Positions 40,664 to 53,587 of a DNA stretch of 64,000 nt are shown piece by piece (position 1 is the first letter of the stretch; each line of letters opens with the position of its first letter). This DNA comes from Podarcis pityusensis (taxonomy: Eukaryota): NCBI GenBank assembly GCA_964106645.2, contig OZ067042.1. One strand, given 5' to 3'. A program made the position numbers and the translations under genes. The notes under the pieces were generated by a model that saw only the letters and a program-made list of their open reading frames with translations, made no database searches and was not told the origin of the DNA.

Positions 40664-43600
40664 TATTATACCCCACCCATCCAGCTGGGTTTCCCCAGCA
40701 CTCTGGGTGGCTCCCAACAGATTAAAAGCCGAATAAAACATTCAAGTCTTGAAGACAAGAGAAGTTCTTGGTGGGTGCTAGGATTGTAGTATACATTGAG
40801 GGGAGGCAGCCTAGAGTTTTACAGATAGGAAATATTGGATTGGTTGGCAAATGCTTGGACCTAGAAATATTGGAAGGGAGCAGGGAGTGGATCTCAAGCT
40901 GTTCGCCCTCTAAGGATACATGGATCTATAGAGACTGCCTAGAACATGTCTGGTGATCAAGCTATTTTAGAATGATGGCTTTAATTTTAAGTTGCTCCTC
41001 TTTTTTCCAGATAAGATAGTAGGCAGTTCCCACCACTTTCCCCTCTCTATCTTCAACCCCCCAACCATATCCCACAGCATTCCCAAGGGTCCTCCAATGC
41101 CCACAAGCAATTTCCTTGGGGTGGGAGTTCATTGAGCTGCAGTAGGAGACATGCAAAAACTTGTTCTGTGAACTCTCTTTTACTCAGAGCCAATTCATTC
41201 TAAATCATGGGAAATGTCTGTATATCTCCAGCATCCTTGCTGAGAATTTACCAGTCCTGTAATAGACATCCTGGTATGTGTCTTGTGCACTATGTCCCTT
41301 GCTTTTGATTGCCAACCTAAAATTGGGAGTCCTGTATTCTACATGAGCTTGGATAGGAGATACTTTGATCAGGGACAGGGGAAATAATGACATGTCAAAG
41401 CAAAGAAGCTAAGGGCATAACTGGTGTGTGTGTGTGTGTGTGTGCGTGCGCGCTATTGGGCTGTTGTTTTTATTTTTATTATGTATTTTGTGATTTTATA
41501 TCTTGATTTTATTCTGTGAACCGCCCTGGGACCCCTGGGTATAGGGCGGTATATAAATTCAATAAATAAATATAAATAAATAAATCTCCACTTACAATCA
41601 GTGAGCTGTCTGGAGAAAGCAAAACTGCCCTGGGTCCAGAAGATGGCAATCCGGAAGAAATACTGAAACCCTTTAAGCCTGGGCAGACGGTGACATGCTT
41701 TGTTAAGAAGGTGAGGCCTAAGACTTCTCTACCTTTGCGTGGCAAGGGTTTTCCCCTCCCCCTTCATTTTAAAAAGTTGGGCCAGTCTTCACTGTAGATT
41801 TGGGAAGCATGACATGCTTCAGAATACTATGGGTTGATGCAATTTCCCAATGGGGTATAGTGTCCAAAATGTGTGGTTGTATGTGTGTCCATAAGCTCTT
41901 GTTTCACTTGGGTTGGGGGGGTTGATGTGGAAATTCTGGAATAATTTATAGGATCTATTACCAGGGAATGCATGGTAAAAACTGGACTCTCTTTTCTAGT
42001 GAAGAGTTTTTTTATTTTCTCCTGTTTGCTTCTATTCTTAGTACGCTGCAGCAAATAAATGGCTGGAGGTGGAGGTCACCCCTAACATTAGAGGGAGAGT
42101 TCAACAGCTGCTACTTTCCCTTCGACCCACGGTAAGTAATTGCCAAGGAATGAAGGGCACAGGACTCTTGCAGGAAGCTACGCTCAATAACATGAAAATC
42201 TGCAGTAAAGAAACAGAAGCATTAAAATGTTAGAAATGTGTTGTTCTGGCTATTACCAGAGACACAGCCATGTTAGTCAAACAAAGTCTGAAAGCATTTT
42301 TTAAAAGGCTAACCAATTTATTATGACATAACCTCTATATGCCATAATAAATTTGTTAGTCTTTACAAAGCCAAAAGGATACATCCTTGGGATTGTTATT
42401 TTTTGTCCAAGTTAAGCTTTAAGAATTCTACAGCCACATAAAAGCCTATTTACATAGTCAATAGCAGTCACAGCAAGGGTTGCTTCTTTCAGGATAAGAG
42501 GAGTACAAGGCTTTTTTTGTTCAGATTTTCACTGGAAAGGTGTAGGAAATGTTCTGGTCTCTCTCAGGGCATTTCCCAAATAAGTACACAATTTGAAACC
42601 TTAACTATTTCAAAATGGTTTTTATGAAGAGCTAAACACTAGCCCAGTTTCCCCCCCCCCCCATGCATACCACTGTGGGGAATTCTTCACAGGCACAATT
42701 AAGTGGTTGGATGATGGTAATGATCAGGTCATTCTCTCACAACAGGTCTTAAAACACGCAGGGAAACACTTCAGAAATGGACAAGCTTTGGCTGCGACGG
42801 TGACCGGCTCTGATGTCACTGAAACTAAGCTCCACCTGTCACTTACAGGTATGATGAGAAGAGAGTGCCACAACATTAAGATCCCAGAAAGAGACAGCCA
42901 ATGACGGTCACCCTCCATCTAGTCATCAGAGGCTTATAAACCCAATTCTATATGCTCACAATAACTCTGATCCTGTAGTTCCTTGTATGTGAAAAGCTTC
43001 AGATGTGTCATGGAATTCTTGAGCATGAAAGGGCTTTCCATTTACTCCAGTGTTGTCTCTCTCTCACACACACAGCCCCATGTTCTTATCCACATTGTAC
43101 GCATGTAAATACCTCTGTGGCATTGGAGCTCCATACACGTTAATATGCTTGCAGAAAGCGGGGCCAGGATGTATGCCAGTCAAAGTGAATGGATGAGTAA
43201 TCATTTTGTAGCTCTTGATGATGATGCCTTTAGTAGTAGGGGCTTGTTTACATCAGGAAAGTGGCACAACTAGAGGATGAGCAACCAAATGCTGAGCAGT
43301 GGCTGTTGGTCATAGGACTTACCTTTATACCAAGTCAGACCAACTGTCCATTTAGCTCAGCATCGTCTACATGGACTGGCAGTGGCTCTCCAGGGTTTCA
43401 GGCAGCTGTACCTAATGATGCCAGAACTTGAACCTGAGACCGTCTGTGTGCAAAGCACTTGTTCTCTACCACTGAACTACAACCCTTTCCATGTTGGTTG
43501 GGAGCTACCTCCAGCGCTGGAGACAGTATTCCTGCAGTTCCCAGCTGCTGGGAGAAACAAGCAAGAGAATGTTGTTGTATTCATATCCTGCTTGCAAGCT

Positions 43601-46600
43601 TCCCTTAGGCACCTGGCTCACCACTGTGGGGAATGGGATACTGGACTACGTAGAGGCTTTCATCTGATCTGACAAGGCTGCTCTTCTTGTTCTGTTTTTG
43701 TCTCTCCTGGTGGTTCTGACAAAGTTTGAAAGACAGTGTTTATGTGCAAGGCAGCGAGAGTATATTTCCTTGTTACTATTAGAAGTTGAATTATAGTCCT
43801 TCCCTGTGTGCCAGTAAAGTTCCTGGTGCAATTTGTACTAGGGACTGGATTAGGTCCTCCGTATGTGGGAATTGATTGTAGATGCACTTGGGGTTCAGGA
43901 TCCAGCCTGACAACCTTTAAGTGTACTGTATAAGTAGGCCATAGGGGAGTGGGGTATTATAATATCTGACTTGATCTCTTTGAACCTCCTCACCCCTGAA
44001 CAGGAGTTTACTCTCTGGAGAAAGGAACCATCACGCTAGGCTATGTGAGCAAGGTGATTCCGCATGTTGGCCTGAATGTTGAGCTTCCCTTTGAAAGGAA
44101 GGGGAAAGTCAGCCTTTTCCACCTGAGTGATTCATATGCTGAGCAGCCACTAGAAATGTTCAGCATTGGGAAAATTGTCAGGTAAGAGTCTTATGCAAAA
44201 TCATGTCTGTAGACAAGCTGAGGGAATTTTATTTGACAGTCATTTAACCCTAAATCCTTCCTTGTCTAGAGCTTCATTGGTTCTCTTAGATCCTTAATGC
44301 CCTCATGAAGCCCATGACCAAGAGCAGTTATCACATAACTAATTTAATCCCAATATTTTCTGTGGGGAGGGTCTTTTCGAAACGTTCAAAAGTTCCATGT
44401 TTTCTTTTTCCTGCATACAGGTGCTATATCCTTTCCAGTGAAGGTAAAAAAATGGAAGTGTCCCTTCGACAATCCAGGTAAGGATCTACACTCTAAATTT
44501 AGATGGGGAGAAGATTAAATAATAATGATGATGATAATAATTAATAATAGAAAATACTCTATATCCTATTGCACAGGTTTTCAAAATTAGCATAAATTGC
44601 CCTGCTATTTGGGACATAGGAAGAGGGAACCTAACATTTGGGCCTAAAGTGCAACTACAAAATTTTGGATGGATTCTGCAAAGCAGATAAATGGATTCTG
44701 CAAAGCAGATAAATATGTGTCCTTTGATTCGTTTGCTAAAGTTGCTTGCTGTTTTTGAGTTCTTGAATTTTTTTTAGAATACTGTGGTTTCTTGTTTGTT
44801 CTTGACTTTTTTGTGTCCAGTTCTTAAGAACAGGGGAAGTAAAGAAATCCCACTAGGACTTCTACTTCGTTCATTGCTTTCTAAGCTCTAAGCTTTTTGA
44901 GGGCAGCTAGAGCTCTACTTTTCTTTATTAACAAAGTGGAGATAGAAGTTGTCAGCATTTTAAAACCCTCGCATATGTTGCAATAGTTTCTGTACTATGG
45001 ATATGGAGATCTTTTTACTATATTGTCAGGATTTTCCGCTTTGCAGTCACCAGAAGTGTCCTTTCTAATAAAGAAGCCTATCCAGAAATAGGGCATTTCA
45101 CTACTTCTCCATTTTTGTTATAGGATAAATCCCAAGAGCCATTGTAAAGTGGAAGACCCTGAAATCACATCCCTCGATGATCTTCAGAATGGTCAGCTTG
45201 TCAGAGGCTATGTCAAATCCATCACTCCATCAGGCATCTTCTTTGGGTAAGTTTCCCTTGCTGACCATAAAAAAGCGAATTCCACATTGTGAATTTTTGT
45301 TGGAATGGTGTCTAAATAAATTGTAAAGCAGTTTGGAGCCTATAGTTCTGGAAGTCAGGAATGGCCAATTGTTCCATCTCGGAGCAACTTTACCTAACCC
45401 TGAACAATCTGAATAAATTTTAATCAATGAGGGGTGGGGTTGAGTTTGTCCACCATTTCACTTATAACATTTTTCTTTTAAGAAATAAAGCTGGTCTGCA
45501 ATAGGAGCAAAATAAACCTGTGTTACTATATGCCACTATCTTTTTTCCCCCTTGGCAGGTTGTCTGACTCGGTTGTGGGTCAAATCCCACCACAATTTAT
45601 CTCTCCTCTCTTCATCTCGGATAATTCATTGTGTGCAAAATACATACATGCCGGCCAGTTTCTTACTGCCAAGGTTTTCAGGTAGGTGTGATGTTTCCTA
45701 ATAGAGGGGTGAATCTGGGGTGGAAAATATTGCGGAGACACATGAGGACATTATGGTTCACAGGACAACAGAGACCAGAGTTCAGATATCACAACAGTTG
45801 TGGGCTAACAGGTGGTATTGGGGAAAGCATTTCTATATTTTCCTCTGCTCGCTGTCTTATGAAATGGAAATTATAATGACTACCATAGAGTGCTGGTGTG
45901 ATGCTCAACAAGTTGAATAATGTTAAAGCCTGTGTTACTATTAAGAAAGTACTGTGTAGGTTTAATGTTTATAGCAGTTCCTTATCTCTCCTGCCACTTT
46001 CTTTCTGCCCCTTCTCTTTTACTCATTCTGCAGTATAAATAAAGAAAAGAACCTTGCAGAGCTCTCTCTCCTTCCTGAAGACACTGGGAAGCCAAGCATT
46101 ATCCCAGAGTCCCTGGAACTGCCAGTTGGTGAAAAGGACGTGCAGCCAAGAAAGCGAAAAAGGGGAAACTCTGAAAGTGAGCAGGTATTTATCCTGGAAA
46201 AGGGGGTTTTAACCCCACTGTTGATGTGAACAGTTATCCAACGATGCAAACAAACTACACACACAAAATGTTAATTATTTTTTTAAAAAAATTAAGCTGC
46301 AGTACCTGAACTTTTTTTAGGAGGTTAAAGCACGAAAGAAGAAAACTCGTTGCCCTGAAGATGATGATAGTGGTGTTGAGGTCTACTATCGGGAAGAAGA
46401 GGAGGGAGAAGAGAAGAAGTGTGCAACAAAATCTAAGGTAAAAGACTGCCTGGAGCATTGTTCGTGCTTTGTGTGGGATGCTTGCTGTGTGTGTTTCTAA
46501 ATAGAGGCTTTTTTCTTGATTGTGTTTTCTGCAGGAAAAGAAAGTTCCAAGGCTGCAGGTTTCAGCCAGCTTTACATGGGAGGAAGGCTTAAGTGTGCTG

Positions 46601-49600
46601 GATACGACCATGTTGAACCAGAGGGAGCAAAGCTCTGACAGCGAAGAAGACGACGACGATGTTACAGAGTCCACGGTAGAGTATCTCAATGTATTTTGCT
46701 TTGCATAGTGCTTGGTATGCAATCCTGTTTACTTAGGCCTCTTAAGAGAAGTACTATCTTGCTGGCCTAGAAAGTACAAAGGCAGTGTTTTGCTTCTAAA
46801 ATTAGCCTAGCTCTATGTCAGGAATTAATTTGTGCAAAAGGCCTTTTGTGTTTTAGGCTTGCATCTGGGATTCATTGATCACTTATTTATATATACCTAT
46901 GTCTATAGAGACTATCCGTATAAAGTTCCTTTTCTCTAAATGTGTTGCTCTGAAAAGAATGTTTTTGTATATGCAGCTGAATTTTGAGCCATGCCCCTAC
47001 TCGCAAAACTCTCTATCCTTTTCAACTAATTGGCTTCCTCTCCTGTCTTGGCCCTCTGTTTAAGACCAAGAAGCAGACAAAGAAAAAAAAAGAGCTCGAG
47101 AAGCAGAAGGCAGAGAAGGAACTCTCCAAACTTGAAGCTGCCCTGATGGATCCCAGCCGGCAACCTCAGACAGCCGACGACTTTGACCGATTGCTCCTTG
47201 GCAACCCAGACAGCTCCATCCTCTGGTTGCAGTACATGGCTTTTCACCTTCAGGCTACGGAGATAGAGAAAGCAAGAGCTGTGGCAGAAAGGGCACTCAA
47301 AACCATCTCCTTTAGGTGAACTGCTTCCCCTTATCATCCATAAAACCATCTCCTTTAGGTGAACTGCTTCCCCTTATCATCCATTTTTAGCTTTTAGTTG
47401 ATGAGCTGCTATTGCCCATGCATGCTTAGCTTGGCTTTATCTCGTGGGAGGGGCACCTGCAGAACAAAGTGGGCAATTCTGTTACTTTCTCTCCCCTCCC
47501 TTCACAGACGTTGTCCAGTCAGATCTCCTGCTTTCTCTTCCAGGTGGATTTGTTGAGCAAAAGGCTAGCGTTGAGCCATGTGTAGGTAGGGTGGTTATTT
47601 GTGGTCCCTCTTTCTTTCAGAGAGGAGCAAGAGAAGCTGAATGTGTGGGTTGCACTGCTGAACCTGGAGAACATGTATGGCACCGAGGAAGCTCTAATGA
47701 AAGTCTTCGAAAGAGCCATCCAGTACAACGAGCCTCTGAAGGTCTTCCAGCAGCTGGCAGACATCTACAGTGGCTCTGAGAAATATAAGGTGAGGCTGGG
47801 TTTACAGTGTTGCCGAGAGAAAGATCACTTCTGCTCACTGAGTCTGGCAGGGAAATTGCTTGTTCATTCTGTTCTTGGGAAGAGCCCACCGTGGTTGATC
47901 CACCTGGATCCTGCGCTTCCATCTACCCTGTGGATTTATCATGCTGTGGATTTTTCCTTCATTTTGGACAAGCATCAGGCTGATTTCCCTACGTTCCTCT
48001 TTTTCATCTAAGCAGTACCACCACATTGCCTCTTGCTCTAGCTTGTTGGCAGCATAATATTCTCTGGGGCCCATGAGTTGGGTTCTGTACTCCAAGATAC
48101 ATACAGTTGTGAATAGCGTACAAAGGCAAGGGAGAACCACAGGATTTAAAGTGTGTTTCCATGGTTTGAACGATCTTCTCTCCTATGATTTTTATTTTCA
48201 GCAAGCTGATGACTTGTACAACACAATGCTGAAGCGCTTTCGTCAAGAAAAGTCTGTGTGGGTGAAGTACGCCACTTTTCTCCTGAAAAGAGGCTTGGTG
48301 GAGGCAGCTCATAAGCTCCTCCCACGTGCACTGAAGTGCCTGCCAGTCAAAGAACGTAAGAACCACTTCGCTCTTCTTTCCTATGATTAGCATCTAAACA
48401 TCATGTTGGTTATTTATGCAGTACACAGGTAATATCTAGGAAATGCAGTATGTGCTGTGAATCTAAAAATATCCGTAGCCATTGTTAGCAAATTCTCTTT
48501 CAATAATTTTATTGGTACTTTCCTTTAAAAAAAAATACTTTTCAAAGTTAATCAGTTAGGGATTGGGGCATGGGGAGATTTCAAAGTTAATATAAAGGAC
48601 TGTATATTCCTGGATGCTGCAGTTTTACCAATGGCTTGAGAAATTCAGACAGGATTTTCATGGCCTAGATTGAATGCAAAATACCCTTTTGCATTGATTG
48701 CATAATTTCATTTCTTTCCCTCCCGATGCACTGAAGCAAACCCAAACAATAAAAAAATTGCCAACACAATGAACAATGCACATTTTATGAAACACGGGGT
48801 CGGGTGTTTCATAATTTTAGCTTTGTTGCCTACTCTGGGAATTTGGTAGCATGGAACCCCAATTCCTTGCTAATATTATTGCCAAAGTAACTACAGCATC
48901 CTTGAACTCTAAGCAGAGGCAGTGATGACTAGCCAGAAGAACACTTCTAAAATGCACTTTTGCAGATCTGGATCTGATATCAAAGCTGGCGCAGCTGGAG
49001 TTCCAGTTTGGTGATCTGGAGTATGGCAAGACCGTTTTTGAGAATACCCTGAGCACCTACCCGAAGCGTACAGACATCTGGTCAGTGTACATAGACATGA
49101 TGATCAAACATGGCAGCCAAAAGGAAGTACGGTGAGTACTAGCATGGGAAAGTGGGCTGGTACTTCTGAACTTCCTAGGAAATGATGTAAATACAACATA
49201 AGGGATGCTTCTTGGCCTTAAATCCAGGGAAGCTGGGAAGCTTGATTTCATGTGAGCAAATATTTACAACTCTGAAAGGTGCCGCAGGAAGTGAAGCATT
49301 AGGAACCTGTATTAGGCCTGCTATTTACTAGAGGAACCCATTGGCTTTCTTTCTCAATACTTTCCCTTCTCTCAGCCTGGAAGCTGAGAGTCTAGCATGA
49401 GAACCTTCATACTCATAGGCCATGATTCCCAGTTTTCAGAAAAGGCACAAAATGTATGTAAATTTTAATTGCAATCTGGTAAAAAAAAATATTGTTCCAT
49501 AGCACAGAAATTTAAAGAACTTGCTGGTATGAAAACGGGGGTGTGGGGCATGTGGCTTCAGAGCAACACCATATGATTTTTGTTAACAATCAAGGGAATT

Positions 49601-50534
49601 GCAGAGAGCCTGTCCTTGAAGCATGACTGATTATACCTTTCTGCTCTCTCTCCCAAGTTTCTAGAAATTTATTTCCCTTTTCAGTAGCAAGACAGCCCTT
49701 AGAAGGCTCCAACACTACTTACTCTCTAACAAGAGAAGAAGCAAAGGATTTGTGTCTCTTACCAATTCTAGTAAATCAGTTTTGCGTCATAACATCCTAG
49801 CTGAGTTTACATGTAATGGGAATTCATAGAACTCCACTATGTGGGTGAGCCTTAGCTTGTTCTCTTAGCAGAAAACCATAGTTTTCTGTTACATGTGAAC
49901 TGAGCCCCGGTTGCTGCAGGCGTGCTCTTAGACTAGAAATATTCTCACTTCTCAGGCTAGGGGGCCCCTGCCATGCTTGTAAAGAGCAACTGAGATGTGC
50001 TTGACATTTGACAGAGCAAGATTTCTCAATGAGGGTGATATACCCCTCCAAGCATGTGTGTACTGAACACTGAAGGAAAATGCACAAGTGAAACTTGTTC
50101 TAGTTTCAGAAGCTCTTTGAACAGATCCTTGTAGATGCTAGGAATCTGAAAGCTCTGTGATTGAACACAATGTCTGAATTTTCTGGAAACACATGTGGTA
50201 GTCACTTCCTGTCTTCTAGGCATCATTTTGATAAAGCGCTTATGATGGGCAAGAAAGATTTGTACCCACAGGATCAGCTAACTCCTAGGCCCATGCTTTT
50301 TCTGTTGCTTGTTTGTTACCTGTTTGATTGCATAATAAAAAAGAGTTTTCTTTCTTTTTGTTTTGCAGGGATATTTTTGAACGTGTAATACACCTAAGCC
50401 TAGCAGCGAAGAAGATGAAGTTTTTCTTTAAGCGCTATCTGGAATACGAGAAGAAGTATGGCACAGCAGAAACAGTCCAGGCTGTGAAGGCAGCAGCACT
50501 GGAATACGTGGAATCCAAGAGCAGTCTTGCTTGA
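22261..50534 (+). CDS. PDCD11: Protein RRP5 homolog (S1 repeats plus C-terminal HAT/TPR), 35 coding exons, about 1815 aa
   Basis: Exons 22261-22365, 23227-23358, 23695-23862, 25462-25623, 26254-26377, 26791-26972, 29723-29830, 30042-30248, 30669-30793, 31474-31534, 32283-32429, 33609-33860, 34333-34476, 35329-35523, 36115-36285, 37149-37368, 37986-38138, 38441-38556, 39343-39857, 40352-40414, 41602-41710, 42042-42131, 42746-42848, 44004-44181, 44421-44477, 45124-45246, 45559-45681, 46034-46184, 46321-46437, 46535-46675, 47065-47315, 47621-47789, 48202-48355, 48966-49131, 50369-50534; total 5448 nt in frame. N-terminal EENFPRGG, S1 motifs ([12 protein letters not shown]), HAT region ([30 protein letters not shown]). 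Confidence 0.96.
24292..24720 (+). mobile_element. LTR (about 329 bp) followed by tRNA primer-binding-site-like sequence; truncated LTR element
   Basis: TGTGG...CCACA termini (24292-24620), internal AATAAA at 24540-24545, then TGGTGGCAGTGG (24625-24636), complementary to a tRNA-Leu-type 3' end. Confidence 0.55.
26497..26545. repeat. Compound (GT)n/(GA)n microsatellite
   Basis: Directly visible dinucleotide runs. Confidence 0.85.
27068..29101 (-). mobile_element. Non-autonomous L1-type retroelement, 2034 bp, full-length between TSDs
   Basis: TSD CACATCTGCATT at 27056-27067 and 29102-29113; target reads TTTT/AA. Minus-strand AATAAA (27086-27091) and A-tail at the left end. CpG-rich 5' end GCCCGACTTCCGGGGTGGCGCCATC. 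One short frameshifted ORF; no RT or EN motifs seen. Confidence 0.8.
29309..29426. mobile_element. Short palindromic MITE
   Basis: TAGGGTGATATTCAAC ... GTTGATTACCACCCTA termini, with internal inverted symmetry (CCTACTCA/TGAGTAGG, CATTGAAGTTAATG/CATTAATTTCAATG). Confidence 0.65.
29440..29543. repeat. Perfect 34-bp inverted repeat with an overlapping 33-bp direct repeat
   Basis: Arms 29440-29473 and 29484-29517 with a 10-nt loop; 29455-29487 is repeated at 29511-29543 with one mismatch. Confidence 0.95.
35524..36114 (+). other. U12-type (minor spliceosome) GT-AG intron of PDCD11
   Basis: 5' site GTATCCTTG; branch site TTCCTTGAC at 36095-36103, with the branch A 12 nt from the intron end; no polypyrimidine tract between branch and AG; frame maintained. 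Confidence 0.9.
36545..36697 (-). mobile_element. Sauria SINE 3' fragment
   Basis: Reverse complement of the same tail as 12124-12368; 10-bp TSD CCATCCATAG at 36535-36544 and 36698-36707. Confidence 0.8.
37854..37999 (+). repeat. Perfect 73-bp tandem duplication spanning a PDCD11 3' splice site
   Basis: 37854-37926 is identical to 37927-37999. Confidence 0.95.
40620..40664. repeat. (TAA)n microsatellite (retroelement tail)
   Basis: About 13 perfect TAA units. Confidence 0.9.
41465..41585 (+). mobile_element. L2-like LINE 3' tail with (TAAA)n end
   Basis: TGTGAACCGCCCTGGG...AGGGCGGTATATAAAT followed by TAAA repeats; a similar tail lies at about 1809-1862. Confidence 0.65.
43312..43486 (-). 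mobile_element. Squam3-like SINE
   Basis: Reverse-complement similarity to 586-769, covering both head and tail. Confidence 0.7.
47299..47384 (+). repeat. Perfect 43-bp tandem duplication spanning a PDCD11 5' splice site
   Basis: 47299-47341 is identical to 47342-47384. Confidence 0.95.
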
Positions 50535-53500
50535 GGGCTAACTTCTAGAGCAGTCAGGCTTTTTTTGTTCTCACTTGCAGTGCAAGATGCAGCAGGGACA
50601 GAGAAGCAGACCATAGCTGCAAGGAGGAGAGTGTTTCTGCCTGCTCCATTTCCTGATCTCAAAAGCAGATTGGGTTAGCCCGGACCAAATTACTATGCTT
50701 TATCGAGAACTGTGTGAGAGCATAGTTTCTGTAGATGTTTATACCTATTGAACCTTACAAAAACTTTTGAATATGAGAATTATAGTTGGAGCTTTATTTA
50801 AATTTATTTTGGAGTATAAAAATAGCAGAAAGTCACCCACTACTTTGTGCTTTCCTGTTGCTCTGCTCATTAAATGAACCAGGGTTTTTTAAAGCTTCCT
50901 TTTTCTTCTGTTCATTTTCAAAGGTGCAAGGAATACTTCTGGTGTCTGTCTTCTGCCAGTATTCTAGGGTGTGTTTCCTGGCTTGTCTCATTAGATTCAT
51001 TCTCACATACATACAGTCTATCATAAATCTGACTTAAGAGAGGACTATTGGTTATGCCAATATGCAAGAGTTGGAGTTACTCACTGATGCCGTACTTTAT
51101 GAATATATACCTAGAAAATTATGCCAGAGCTGTTTTCTAGCCCTTATTTTAAAATGGCACATATACTTAACACCTAAACACAATGTAAAAATAGCAGGTG
51201 AAAATGGTCCTCTGATATCTGATTTGTCATTCAGCCATGACCCAAATTAGAAACACTTTCCAAGGCAAAACTCCTATATCTGCAATGCACAGAATCCAGA
51301 GAATGTAATTTATTTAACTGGTGAACAGAAAAAGTCCTAGCCGCCTAGTGAATAATGTAGGGGTAATGTCTCACATCCATTCTCTTAACATTTAGCAGCT
51401 GTACATCTTGGTCCCTTCTCTTTTACATCCCATTTATTACTGCTTCTATGCCCTTTGTGCCTACTTGATCCTTATCAAAATTTCCAATAATACAATTGGG
51501 ATAAGCAGAATATATTTTACAAACAACACAGAACTGATGTAAAATCATCAGATCACCTGATTAATTCAAGGGGCAAGATCTCTTCTGATCATTTACACCG
51601 AACTGACCTGGAAAAGCAGGCATAACTCATCCCTTTATATGCATTCCAGCAGTGGGGTATAGTAAGCCAGGGAGAGTGAGTTGCAATGCCTATAGATTTT
51701 GGTACGTGACAGACACATGTGAGACTAATGTTAGATTTCTTCACAGAACCGTAATGGTTTAATGTTACAATTCCACATAAATCTTGTGAATGTCTTGAAT
51801 GCCCAAGAAAACTAGAGATGCAGATGTTAAGTCACTTGAAAGGTGACTGTTGCAGCATTTACTGGAACCATGAAAAATGACAAAACATACATTGGATCAT
51901 GTTGTTTATACAGTCCATGTGGTCTGTGCCATATTTGAATAAGGAAGACCATAAAAGCCATGAGAAATTATAACAGCGTTTAGAAAGAGCCGTGGAGTGA
52001 AAAAACACAAAATCAAATTAAAGTACATGATACCGGACTTCTTATAGGGTCCCTCAGCCAGGAAAAGGAAGGTCTTCTGTTCATCTTAGTGTGGCTCAAA
52101 ACTCCAAGCAGGCATCAAATTCTGATTATGGTTTTTGCTGAGGATACTAAATGTTCATACCTTGCCAAAGGTAGAATATGTCATGGATAGGGAACCTGTG
52201 CGCCTCTAGATATTGTTAGACTGTACTCCCATAATCTGCCCATTGGCCATGCTGGCTAGAGCTGATTGGAACTGGAGTCCAATATCTGGAGGCCACCTAT
52301 TAGCCATCCTGGAAATAAATAGAAGTGCTTTTCTGTATAGCAGCAATTCAGGTAATTAGATAAAATCCCTGATTTAATAATTTGGGGAGTCACCCTTTGG
52401 ACAACAGACCCTTGAAGCAGGAACCTTTACAATACTCTTCAACTCTCACCCACAAACTTTTATTAAGAAAGGATAGTCCCCAAACTAAGATGAACCTTGC
52501 GACATTTTTGGTAAAGGATATGAAGATAATTGTAATAAATGGGGGGAAGGCAATAGTAGCTCTTTGCTGGTAGACAGTTATTCAGAGACAATTGTGCTAT
52601 CATCTGAAGTCCAGTACATGGGAAGGCATGTACAACAGTCATAATGAGAAACGGGATCATAAAAGTGCAAACTGCAGAGTCTTGTCCATTAAATAAAATA
52701 ATCCAGTCTAGGTCAGTTAGGTGTTTGTTTTTTTAATCCTGTGGAGGAAATACAGGGCAGATGCCACTCACAAAAACAGAATTCAGCCAATCCTATGGGT
52801 CCTAGCCCTGAATCTTGATAGGGAAGTAGGTTTCTGAGAGATTCCGCTGATAATTTCCTGTACTAGCAATCAGAAATTTGTTGCCTACTACATGTTTCCA
52901 GCCTACAGCATGCATCATCCCCTGATCATTGGCCATGCTGTGTGGGGTTGATGTCAGGTGGAGTTCAGCAGCCTCTGGGAGGACCACAGGTTCCCCACCC
53001 ACCCATACACACACACACATATATATATATATATGTATGTTTGAGCCCTCCTGGAGGAAGTCAAACAAAAGTAAGTTAAGGCACAGCTGCATGATGGCAT
53101 TATATTGTCTTCAAAATGAGGAGGAAAATAATCAGCAATTTTTGAGTAAGCAGAGCATCTAGTTCATTTCCTCTTCTTTCCATTGTATGTGAGAATACAT
53201 CAGTGAGAGGCCTCTGGGTATCAGACCAGCTGTCCCAATCCAAGAGATTAGCTGCAATGTTTTCTTTTAGATTTATTATTCTCTTTGACTCACAGTCCTG
53301 TGGTCTTAGTTTAGTAGTCCACAGTTCCAGACATTCTGCTGCTCCTTCAATTTCTGTTTCGAAATGTAGTCTTTTGGATGACCACTCACATCAAATCCAT
53401 TAGCCATATCTTTTGCTGAGAGCTTAGGTTAACAGATAAAATGAAGGTATACAGCACAGATGTACCAAGAACGGGGGTCACTCTTATAGTCCAGTTCATT

Positions 53501-53587
53501 CTATGCATGTATACTCAGAAGTAAACCCTATTGAGTTCAATGGGACTTACTCCCAACAGGGAAATGTGTTTAAGTCCGCAGCTTCTG

